Shown here in pieces: positions 42,314 through 57,792 of a stretch of 64,000 bases of DNA. How positions within the stretch are numbered: position 1 is the first letter of the stretch; each line of letters begins with the position of its first letter. Position numbers and translations under genes: made by a program. The notes beneath the pieces were generated by a model, which was given only the letters and a program-made list of their open reading frames with translations, had not been told where the DNA came from and made no database searches. Where the stretch lies: NCBI GenBank assembly GCA_021613535.1, contig CP075495.1, forward strand, positions 7,254,001-7,318,000, read 5' to 3'. Source of the stretch: Adineta vaga. Lineage: Eukaryota > Animalia > Rotifera.

Positions 42314-44302
42314 TCACGTCATAATCCTAGAATAATTAGATACTGATTAAAAACAAGTATGTGAATGCAATACACATACGTTTCATTTGGTAGAGTTACC
42401 AGAAATTCTTTAGGTATGATGACATCTTCTTCAATATTAAGTTTTAATCTTAATCGTATCGAATCAAATTCTGAATATGGTTTTCCAAGAATACCAACGC
42501 TAGAGATAGGATTGTCCGTTTTATCATTGAACTTTGTTGTTATTATTATTATTATTATTATTTACTTTTGCATCAATTCAAATTGTATCGTCGGTAATAT
42601 ATAGTTTTTTTTGTTCAATCTAAATATAGAATGTATCAAGAGTTGATAAGAAATTGAATAAATATACATTCGAGAATCATCCAGTGGATTACTTGGTGGT
42701 GGTAAAGTAAATGAATGTCGATAAGATGATGGACTATAAAACGATTTAATTAATAAATTTCGTTCATTTTTCAGTAGAATTTACCTTATTAATTGTTTCA
42801 TGGCAAATCTTTCACTTTCGTTTCTATTCGATTGCTCATTTATCTTATTATCTTCTGAATAGATTTAAATGATTTGAGATATTTATTAGGAATGAATGCT
42901 ACTCTTTAATTGTTTAACTAAAATATCGTGAAGATGATTTTGATGATAGTATGGTGATTGTTTATCGAACTCTCTTGCATATAAATCAACTTCTGCTGTT
43001 GGTATCTTGATTAATTCAACATCACCACCGGCTCGAAATAATCTTTTAAAAATATTCTATTGAATTATTCTATATATAAAATCTTAATATCTACCGAGCT
43101 AATTCCATTCGAATTAAAGTAAAGTTTTCTCGATAAAATGTAATCCAAATGAAATAAGTTGAAAAAATGAAAAGAGATTCATGGATTGTTCGATCAATAT
43201 TTGCACATGAATAAAAAAGACTAATGAAGTTTTTAGAGAGGTTATTTCACTATCAAACTAACTTACTCGCCACTACGCATATGATGAAAATCTTTAAGAT
43301 CGATACCTAACAATAGAGTAGCATATTTACAACCAAGTTCACGCAATGATACAAGTAAATGTGCATATGCTTGAGAAATTCGATATTTTTCTCTTTGTGA
43401 TCGATCTCTTAAGAAATTAAATAGTAAATTCATTATATTCAAACAGATTCTTACATATGTTTTTCAATATTTGGTGAAGCATTATTTGTTATTTCAAAAA
43501 ACCAATGGAAATAATTCAATAGATATAAAAAATATTCATTCACTTGAGGAGTTCTATTAAAATTCAAACAATATATCTTGGTTCTGTTTTTGCTGGAATA
43601 TTTCTTACCTTAAATATTCTTCAAATTCAATCGGTATATAGAATATTTCGCTCATAACATTAAGTGATGCTCCTAAAATACAAAAACTTCTTGTTCATAA
43701 TTGATATGTTTTATCTTCTATACGAAATAAATTTCGAAGTAATCCTTTTCTACTATATCATGTCGTAAGATATCTAGTTTCTTATCGACTTATGAAACTC
43801 TACTTGTAGTCATAAGTATCGAGCTAATAATCATTTGATATGGGTAATCTTCTGAAATCAGAATAGCCTAGAACTTCTTGATTGCTTCGGAATATTTTGA
43901 TGAAAGATGAAAACAAACTAACGGATCACGTCAACCAAAGTAATTTTGTTATTATCTTTGGTTTTAATAATACGTTCTAATGGTCGATATTGCCGTCGAT
44001 TAATAGGTAAACCAGTTCGTAGATCAATCTTCAATAATTCATTAGATTGAACTTGTTTCTCTTTGGATATGTCACGTCGCCTTGAAGCATAGTTCGTTTC
44101 GTGATAAGACTATTCAATTTCTTTCTTTTCTTTCATACCTTTCATAAACAAGTTCTTTTTTCTTTTCATCCCATATCCATCTACCATCAATCGGAATAGA
44201 CAATAACTAGTCATCAATATCTTTAATTCTCATCTTAATTAATCAATCACTTACTGAATTCGTTGTACATATTTCTACCGTTTCATCTGAATTTCGAATC
44301 AT
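42314..44302 (-). CDS. PPP1R36: PPP1R36-like (C14orf50) protein, multi-exon, largely missed by the ORF track
   Basis: Hand-spliced exons: DGRWIWDEK, KITLVDVI, YLLNYFHWF, LGCKYATLLLGIDLKDFHHMRSG, ESLFIFSTYFIWITFYR...ELARLFR, VGILGKPYSEFD. 3' end approximate. Confidence 0.7.
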
Positions 44303-44560
44303 AACAAATAAGAATCTTTTTTTTGCTTTGCCAAAGGCGCTTATATGATCTATTAAAGTTTTCTTTTCTTTATGTATAAATAAAAAGCAGTTAGTGGTAA
44401 ATCTTGTATATATATTTATATATATACAGCCACACTCACACACATACAATATTATACGAAGAAACACACGCATTTAACACCGAGACATTCGACAAAAAAA
44501 CATTTGGTATTTTTTTTTACATCACTGTTAGTTTTCTTTTTAAAACAATCTCATAAAGTG

Positions 44561-46529
44561 TCAATATTGCACATCGATAATTTCTTCATGATCATCATCT
44601 TCATGTGATGACATTTCTTCGATAATTTCTTCGCTACTTGTACTACTACAATTGCTTCTTATGGTTGTTTCTAAAAGTTCCGTTGATTGATGTTCATTAA
44701 TTAATGTAGCGGATGATGATGACGTTGATGATGGTGAAATTTCATGAGTTTTTGAATGTTTTGATAAATGATCCGAACGCATAAAGCGTTTGCCACATTT
44801 TGGACATGCAAAACGTTTCTCACCAGTATGTGTACGTAAATGACGTTGTAATTCGTCTGAACGAGTAAATGCTTTGCCACAAAATAACCAATGACAACGA
44901 AATGGACGTTCACCAGCATGCCAACGAAGATGAGCTTTTAAATGTGAGGTTTTACCGTAGATTTTTTTACATATATGACATATATGTTGACGTTTAGATG
45001 TTGAAGAATCATTTAACATCGATGAAGGTTGATTTATACAATTGGGACAACGACAACGTTTGCAGCGTCGTGTGATAGAACCAAATAAACTTGATGAATG
45101 TTCATTGACACTCCACCATTTATCCGATGATTGTTTTGATGAGTCTTTACGTGACGAAATCATGGATGATGTTGAAGGTGATGGTATTAATGAAGGTACT
45201 CGAAATGGTAAGGAAATTGATGCTGATGATGCTGATGAAGGTGGTGGTGGTGGAGAATTTGAACTTGATGAACTTGAATTCAAAGAAGTTGATGGTGAAC
45301 TTGAAGGTGAATTTGATGTTGAAAGTATTGCAGCAAGTGAATGAGGATGAATTGATGTTGAAGCAGAAGGTAACGGCGGTAGTGGTGGTGGTGGAAATGT
45401 TGAAAGAAAATCAATTGTATTTAGAGGAAAACGTGCTTGTAACAATTGTAATGCTTTATGTCGAATAATAGCTTCTGTATGGAAACGATCCAAAGATGAC
45501 CATGAAAATGGTATTGGTAATGGTAATTGTTTTTCTGTTTTAGTCGTAGAAATCGAACGAGGATTCAAAGGTATAGGTCGAGCAATTGTTGGATGAGTCA
45601 TTGTATTATTTAACCGATCCTAGAAATAAAAGAAAAATAAATAAATCAATCATTTGAGATATCGATTTTATTTGTTCATTTATTAGACTAAAAATGAAAC
45701 AAATCGGAAATGGTAATAAGAAAATGTCTTATTTTGTCTATCAATCACGCGCATACGACCGCCTTTTTCTGAAGTTTCACCTCCGAAGAAAAAATATGTG
45801 TGTATGAATGCATATATATATATATACGGTCTCACGCGTTGATTCTTTAAGTGGCTCGTCAGTGCCAACGAGCCGAAAAAAAAGGATAGTGGGTGGGAAG
45901 AAAAAGATCAAAAGCAGACCAAAAATGCTGAATATATATATATATATACATATATCTAAGCTAATTTAGCTTGAACTAGAGCAGCACGTGTGCTTGTGTA
46001 TATGTATGGCTTGTTGTTTTGGCTCATTATTCTATGCCGACATACTCCACTGTGATAATCTGTCGGCAAGTGGTCTAAGTTGCTACTGCTTCTTATTTTT
46101 TCGTTTTTTTTTTGAAGATGAGAAGTGGTGGATTCGGGTTAGTATCAACTTAATTGGACAATGAGAGAAGTGAGAGGCGGGCGGCTCACATGTTTATGCG
46201 TCACAATGTGATAAAGTAGCGGTGCATATACAATTGATGATTAGTATGCAAATCGAAGGAACCTTCAAGCTATAACTGACCGTTTGTTTGATCACACTGA
46301 TGATTGAGAGCAGACGGAAGTCTTATGGCCTAAGGAATGATTTTTAAATAGATTCTTCTTTTTCTTTTTTAAAAGGATCATTCAGTTGAAATTATCAGAT
46401 AACGTAGTCATAACTCATCAAGATGTAAGCAGAAAGAACTGTTCTTTGAAAACTTACCATAATCAGATTTGTAGATGAGGAAGACAGGTTGTTTGTCGGA
46501 ATGAGAAATGGATGAGCCAGAAGGACCAT
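44561..46529 (-). CDS. SP5: Sp5/buttonhead-type C2H2 zinc-finger transcription factor
   Basis: Btd box [11 protein letters not shown] and three Sp fingers ([34 protein letters not shown]). Putative exon 1 46529-46458 (GTAAG donor) splices in frame to the acceptor at ~45620. Confidence 0.85.
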
Positions 46530-46649
46530 TCTATTTTGTCTCTAATTCGATTGAATGTAACATACACATATTCTCACTCTAGTCGATATTTCTCTTCTCT
46601 CTTTCTCGCTCTCTTTCGCCTTTTCAACTATTTTTTTAAGCAACGTATC

Positions 46650-47055
46650 TATCTTTAACTCCGCCTTTAACACCATGTACAGAAGAAAGACGAGATGTCA
46701 ATTTCTTTTTCCCATTTTCTCTTTCTCTCTCTCTCCCTCTTTCTTCTTTTATATATTTACAAGCAGAGAGATGTTGTTTGATTACTCGTTTGTTCGTTCC
46801 TTCTCTCTTTCTTTCTCTTCCATGAATATACCGCCTTTCTTCTTCAACATTGGTGTTCATCATCCTCCGGGTGTTGTTCGTATTGGTTGTTAAGATAGAT
46901 AGACACGGATATTAGCCAATGAAAAAATAAGTCGTAGAAGGAAGAAAGAAAGAAAGAGAATACAATTTTGTACTTTCGCTCTCGTTTAATTTAGAGAAGA
47001 AAACAAAAACTTCGTGCAAAAGAATGGGCGGTGTCGATCAAAGGAAACAAAGACT
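46650..47055 (-). promoter_or_regulatory. Putative Sp5 proximal promoter with GC boxes, CCAAT boxes and a TCF site
   Basis: CTCCGCC ~46659, ACCGCC ~46830, ATTGG 46882, CCAAT 46916, TGGGCGGTG 47025-47033, GATCAAAGG 47036-47044. Confidence 0.45.
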
Positions 47056-50000
47056 TAATCTCAAGCCGATCCCTTTTCTTTGAGTTATCCGGTATGTTGT
47101 TGATTCAAATAATCAGTCGTCGTCGTCGTCGTCATCACTACTACCACTATCATCAACATAGAGATTATCATTGTGTCTATATCAATAGAAGTTTAGGTGA
47201 AAAAGTAATTGAATTAATCAATATCGTGATATAGAATGAACGATGAAAACAGACAGAATAGAATAGGAAAAAAAAACTGTTCCATATAAACATTGAAGTA
47301 ATTTGTTGTACTTATTTCTATTTCTTCTCTTATTTCTTTGACGCGCGTTAATGCACTTGAAAAAGTTCAAACAAGAATAGCGACGCACAAATAAACGTAT
47401 ATATGAAGTGCCAACAGCTATTTTGCTTCTTTCGTTCCATAGACGTCAAAATGTTCAGATTAGATTGAAAGGCGCATATTACACGCGTACTACTCTCTCT
47501 TTCTTCTTCGTGATGAATGAGTGAATACTAGTAAGTAGTCGATTTCAAAGACGAACAAACATAAACAATCGACAATTGAGTGTGAAATCGCGCACACACG
47601 AGTACTGAGCCAGTAACATTAGCGTCTATAATCATTGAAAAATCAATAATTTATATCGAGATCGACGACATAAAAAAAATCAACGTGTCGTTGATGGGTG
47701 GTGTCACTTGCATGTCACATTTAAAAGTGAAAACGGATGGTCGGTATTGGTTTGATCTTCAAAAGAATCTATTTGACACATATGTTGTGAATGCAGACAT
47801 AGGCATACATTTAAAAATTAGACCGATCTTCTTTCTCTATTGATATTTATTACTTGCTTGCACATTTTCGTCAAGCTTATTATCATCATCATCACCTCTA
47901 TTGTGTTCATGCATGCAAGCACACGTGCGAGCATTTTTTTTCTTTCTTCTGTTCAAACGGAAAACGACACCGTATGTCGATTAGAATGTGTATATAGAAT
48001 CTTAGAGTAATCATAATTATCGCATTATTTTTTTTTCAAAAGTCGGTCCACTTTGAAGATTGAAATAGGAAGAGATGAATAGCCACACCCTAATTCTCAT
48101 TTAGTCCATCTCTTTAAAGTCATATGACTGATTTTGAAACGTAAGCACGCATGTATAGATGAGGTGGGAAATGACCTTTTTTCCTTACTCAAGAGACTTT
48201 ATTTGGATCAGAAAGAATCGAAGAGATAGCGGGTAAAAAATATATAGAAATGTTGCTTTCTACTTAGAATAAGATTGTTCTTGAGAAAACGGAAATTTAA
48301 TCGTGCTTGAGAAGATTCCAAATGCATTTAACAAAAAAACTGATGTGCTTGGTATACGTGCTGTTTCGATGTCAAACAAAGAAGTTCGTTGATTAGTTCA
48401 TTTGCCCTGCCCTCATCATCATCGCAGTTAGTTTGTCTATTTATCTATTTAACTATCTATCTGTCTCTATTTATTCTGCATGAATCAAAGTTTTTTCTTC
48501 TTCATTGTCGGTTAAATCATTATGATCAATAGAGTTTGTTTCATCAAGCAGCAGGAGGTCTGATATACATCACACGTCTTGTCTCACTCCCACTTGTCTG
48601 TATAACTAGCCGTTCATTCTGTCTTGTCTATATTTGTATGTATGTTGAAACAGGCGGTTCCAATCACGCCTTTCGTTTCAACCGCAAGGGAAGAAGGCCA
48701 ATCAAAGCAAGCGGCATAAGATAAAACGACAAGCTACTATACATATACACACGATCGCCCTTTCACACCAATATTGCGGTTACTTACTTTGTTGTTCTAT
48801 ACTTGACCAATATACAGTAGTGAACTTCCAAATGAAAGAGAAGATTAAAATATAATGAAGAGAAGCGCCTCAATCAACATCAATCTATCCTAAGCATACG
48901 TCTGTTTTTCTTTTACTTAGAATTTGACCTTGAAAAATTATCCATTCAGAGAAAATCTAAAGATACATTTTCCTTTTTTTCTCTTTCGTTTTTTCTCCCC
49001 CATTATGCTTAAATAAAATATCTATTGAGTCAGTGAACTGGCATCAATTTATCGGATTAGGTGTGCAAGTACTTTTATCGTCGTCTCAATTTCAAAAATG
49101 CATCCTCTTCTTATATTTCCACTTGATTAACGTCGGCGAGAACGTTCAACATCCGATTTGAATTTCCTTCGTCTTCTTTCTTGAATACTATCGTTCATTT
49201 CGATGGATTCAATCGGATGTGCAATCTAGCAGGCATACAAATACCTTGATTGTAGAGTAAAAAGAAACTGAGAATGCCGGCATTTCTTTTCTGTATTTGC
49301 AATGTCTATCAACACTCGGCACACTTATCATGCTCGTCACTACCTGTCGTATCCCTCCCGCGCTACGACGGAATGATTAACGACATACGTCTTCCGCCAA
49401 AAGAAAAGAGATCAAGGGAGAAGAGAGTATTCATCATCGAAGTGTTTCTTTAAGACGACTATGAGGATAGGAAAAGATTATACAAGCATAAGAAAACGAT
49501 CGGTCGTTTATCATATATGCTTGGATGATATATAATCAAAGATTTGATCGAACAGATCAGTTGAGTTGCGGAGGCACTATCAGCTAACATATTTATTAGA
49601 AATCAATAATAATTTTTCTTCTTTCTATATGTTATTTCATTTCATGATGACGTATCGAACAGGCTTCCTCAAATATGTATCTAACGTGTAAATAAAACAA
49701 AATCTAATAATGAATTTTACGAATAAAGTCATAAATTATTTTCATACATTGTTTGAAGTCATTTATTTTATGAATATGAAACGTGTATTTGTTGTAAACT
49801 ATCGATGCTCTTTTTTTTTGCAATTATTATTTGTTCAAGGTACCGCCCTTCTCACGATGATTGAGCTTGTCAAAAGTGTGATATCTCACGCTCGTGTTAT
49901 TGTCTCTGATTTCTTCTTCTCCTTGAACGGTTCATTTCGTCTATCGGCATGTTTTTTATCTTGCAATGTATATATATGTATTTGTGAAGTGTAAATGAGA

Positions 50001-50103
50001 TCGATGCATGAGCGGCTTTGACAAGCTAACAAGAGTAGTCTATGACACCTTCAAACAAACAATCATCTTTTCTATTTGCATAGAAATTCTTAAGAACCGA
50101 CAA

Positions 50104-50126
50104 GTAGGTAGGTAGGTAGGTAGGTA
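50104..50126. repeat. (GTAG)n microsatellite
   Basis: gtaggtaggtaggtaggtaggta. Confidence 0.8.
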
Positions 50127-50476
50127 CGCAGATAGATATTTAAATCAATAAGAAGATGAAAAAAAAACATCAAATCATGATAGCCACTCGACAAGTTGAA
50201 ACATCTCATCCCATGAGAATGAACATTAATGTTAGATATGATTACATTGTACTACTTGATTATAATATCTATGATCGATGATTATGATTGAAAATCATGA
50301 CATGAAATATAGGTATCTTTGATGTCGAACTACCTTATGAGCTTTATTTCACTACGGTAATCACAGACAAAAAAAAAGAGAAATGAAGATTTGTATAGAT
50401 TGCCATTAGTACATTCTCTAAATTAATAAGTATAATTATAAAAAGAAAGTTCTATGTCACAAATAGATGAAATTGA

Positions 50477-51689
50477 TTACATACATTGTTTTAATTCGAG
50501 ATGTGCTTTTTCAATTTTTAAATAACCAACCGGAGCAATCGAATCTGATGAACTAATGATTGTTTTCACTTGATCACTAAAAAAAAGGTAGTTCAATTGT
50601 TATAGTAAACAATTTCTTCGGTAAAATATTGATTATTTATTTACAGAACAATACGATGATGTTTGAATAGAGAACAATCTAATGTTAATGTTTCAAATTC
50701 TCCACCTTCACCACAAACATTTATACCATATTTGTCTGCCTAATATACACAAAAGAACTAGAAAATCATCCATAATTAAACTATACAATAAAAAAACAAA
50801 CTTTCAAAATAATTCATTTCATCTAAATAATTATTAGTGTTTAACTCACTAATTTCTCTAATACAGGACGCATTTCCGCAATAGTTTTTCCTAAATGTTC
50901 TTTTGGAAATAATCCTAAATAGAAGAAACAATTCACGTTATATGTATTTTGATTAATGATCAACATTCTCAGTTTCATTCTACCTAATGCAGCTGTTTTG
51001 ATTAGAATAGCATGAATATTTGAATCGATCATTTCGTTGAGTAGTTCCTGTTGGTTACGTTGCCATAAATAAGCAAGCACTTGTAGATTTAATCGTTGAC
51101 AACTAAATGAAGATAAATTATCGAAGAAAATCAAAAGAAAAATAGAAAATAATTTACACATTAGCAACACGATTGTTTTGATATTCGGAAAAAATAGCAC
51201 CGACAGATACTGCGTCAACTGCGTGTTTATCCTTAAAGATCAAGGTTAAATTAACAAAATAAAACATCATATAAATACTTACTTTGATTTCAACAAGAAG
51301 TTCATATAAATCTTCCACTTCATCACCATTTACTGGTTGATCATATTCTTTGTTGATTGTTTGAGCGTCACCTTTAATTTCAGCACGATAGAGTGGTAAT
51401 TCCATTGCTTTAGCCAATAAATCAATAATTTCATGACCAACACTTTGATACATATAACTATCGAGTTCATCTATCAATGATCATATATACAAACAACATT
51501 TCATTTCAATTCTTTGTTACCAATATCTTTTTTTGGATGAAGATTCGCTAATGCTATTATTTCATGACCATGTTGAACACATTGAATCATATTATAAGTA
51601 CTATCTTTACCACCACTGAAATAAACATTATTTCTTTTTCGAATGAAATCATTAAATGATCTTCACCTTATTAAAGCAACGACACGCAT
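50477..51689 (-). CDS. DPH6: Diphthine--ammonia ligase (short form)
   Basis: MRVVALIS|GGKDS PP-loop, DELDSYMYQSVGH, GDEVEDL, VSVGAIFSEYQ, LAYLWQR, GEGGEFETLTLDCSLF. About 8 exons. Confidence 0.93.
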
Positions 51690-53365
51690 TTTCGTTTTTG
51701 AATATTCGATATAATTACTGTCTAGAATTTATGAAAAGAAATTTTCCAATCAATTTTCCTAGAGTTAGACACAGTCACTGATTAGAATAACTATGATCAA
51801 ACAGAAACGCAACATAAAACTGATTTTCGTTTTCAAACAAACAAACCATGAATGAATACGAATCAAATCATATCATCGAAAACCAAACACACATCTGTAT
51901 TTAGAAATGAAGCGAGATTGCCATAAATATGATTGAGTACGGATATTTAAGTATAATAAATGCGCTCCAACGCAGATATCGAACATTTCCAAACGTAGAA
52001 GTTATTTGATAAATTAGTAAATATTGATATCTTTTATACCTATTGTTTGCAAATATGAAAAGTGCTTCATGTATATTGAAAAACGATATGAACACTAACT
52101 TTAGATTGTACGTATCACTACCTAAATGCGTAAAAATTAATAAGTAAGAAAATGACAATCTTTTCAATACAAACCAGATGATTAACGCAATTGATGTTCT
52201 GTTCCGTTTATTTAAAAAAAATTTACCAAGAATCCATGTACGAATTTAGATCAATTCGATTGTCCGATATTATAAAGAAGTTCATGATTATTACTTTCGT
52301 GATAAAAAGAATGTTGAACAGTAGGCTTTTAAATCTACAAGAAAATAGACTATTAGCTATGTAATAAATGATTTAATGATAATTCTTCTGTCAATTGCAT
52401 CATATTCGTCCAATATATCGAAGTTTCTCAAAATTGACAATAGCCTTTGCAAAATACTGAGTTATGACTCATTGACTACAATCGACAAATGTTATTTTTT
52501 ATATGTATAAAGAATAAACTAAAATGAAAGTAAAAGTTATCTCCTGTTGATGTCGCTGTATCCAACGATGCACGTACAAAATTTTAATACCTTTTTATCA
52601 GACAATATAATTAGTGCTCTTGACTTATGTATATTAAAAACATGCAGATTTCAGTACTGGACTGAGAATCTGTGTGATACATGCCATAAATAAATTTCAC
52701 AATAAATAACTAAAGCCTGTAACATTTTATCATTTCTTGAGATATTAAAGAATTCCGTTAATATTCTGATGCAATCATCGATTTTTTTTAATAATCAACC
52801 ACAGAAATCTTCTCAATAACGAAGAAAATATTGTCATTTTGTTCTAATATGTATAGATAAATTACCAATATCAAAGTGAAAAAAAGACCAAACATTATTG
52901 AACGTGTCAATTTTTTACTTTCCGTAATCAATTCAAGAATAAACAAATAAAGAGAAAAAGAGACTTACACACGTGCACAATACAAACATGTGAAGAAAAT
53001 TTCTATATACAAAATACAACAAGATAGGTATTATTGATAAACACTCAGAATTATATATATGCATATATATGTGCGTGTGTATAAAGGATACAATAGTGAC
53101 AAACTTTAGTCACAAAAAAAAGAGAGCAAATTTTAACATATCTGACCCGCGACAAGAGAGAGAGAGAGATGGAGAAAGAAAACAAACTCACTGTATACGC
53201 GCGCGAATGAAAGCAAAAAGAACCAAGAATGGATAGAACGCAGATCAATGTGAACAGATTTTTCTAAGAAGGAAAACGAAAAAAACGAAAAGAGAAATAA
53301 ATTGATAGTATGTCGAAAATGTGTCCCATTAATTTCAAATCAGTGTGTGTGTGTATATATTCAGA

Positions 53366-56671
<3,306 letters not shown>

Positions 56672-57766
56672 GTTTCCACTTGATTTCTCTTGTCCACTTG
56701 AATTTAAATTACCGGTATGTGTTGAACCGGAACCGGTTCCACTACTACTCTTCTTTTTCTTCTTGCTACTATTGAAATGTAGTGAATTATCGTCGTGCAA
56801 TTTTGGTGTATGATTTGATGACTGCTGCAAGCTGCTATTACCAAGTTTGAGATTCGTTTGTGAGTGAATTTTGACGGTTTTAATTATTCAGATGCGCACG
56901 ATGGCGATGTTGAAGTAACAACAATAGAAAAATGAAAAGCAACAAAAACAAAGAATGACAATGTCAACATTCACAAACACCACCCAATATATGCGTAAAA
57001 GAGACGAAATGAAATTAATGGATTAGAAGTGGATGACAAAGAATACAGTTACAGAAGAAGAGAATAAATGAATTTTTTTAGGTATATGTATGTTTGAATA
57101 AATTTGTACAGTAAGCGTATGAATGAATATTTCGTGCTTTCTTTTTACTCTTTCTTGATTATTATCAAAATAAATTAAACAAATATGAGGACGATGACGA
57201 CGATCGACATGTTGCCATGATGTATTTATATTAGTCTAAAATAGAGTAGAATTAAATAAACAGAATACATGCAAATCCAACAAGCCATCCAATAGCGACA
57301 CTATGCACTTCATAGGTTTTCATCGATAATGATTGTTACTCGAAAAGATTGATTGACTGGATAAGAAAGACATAGAAAAAAGAGTGCGAAGGAGAAAGAT
57401 AGAGTTGGTAACGAGAAAAGAAAAAATGCGAACTAATGTGTCAGTAATAATATACTAAATAACACGTGGATGAGACAAGGATAACCTTGACAATGACAAA
57501 TAGTTATGAAATCTAACTCTCGTCTATTGAATCAGATACTAAAATGATAAACTACTAGTTGCTCGCAGACATTGGATGTATATAAAGAAAAGAATAGGAA
57601 AAAGGAGGATATATTATCTTAGCACAACATAACAGTGTGTGCGTGTGTATTTGTGCATGAACGACGAACATGTTCTAATCATTTTCTATTAGTTTATGTA
57701 TATGATGGTCGACGATAGAAAGTAGCAACGCGCGTCGCATTGGAAAAAGAATCGACGACGACGATG

Positions 57767-57792
57767 AGAAGAAGAAGAAGAAGAAGAAGAAG
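57767..57792. repeat. (GAA)n microsatellite
   Basis: Direct tandem repeat upstream of Groucho. Confidence 0.8.

Noticed and set aside
45042-45468. Antisense ORFs over Sp5 (likewise 54660..55157 over Groucho and 12171..12554 over NUP155)
   Set aside because: Shadows of biased-codon coding strands.
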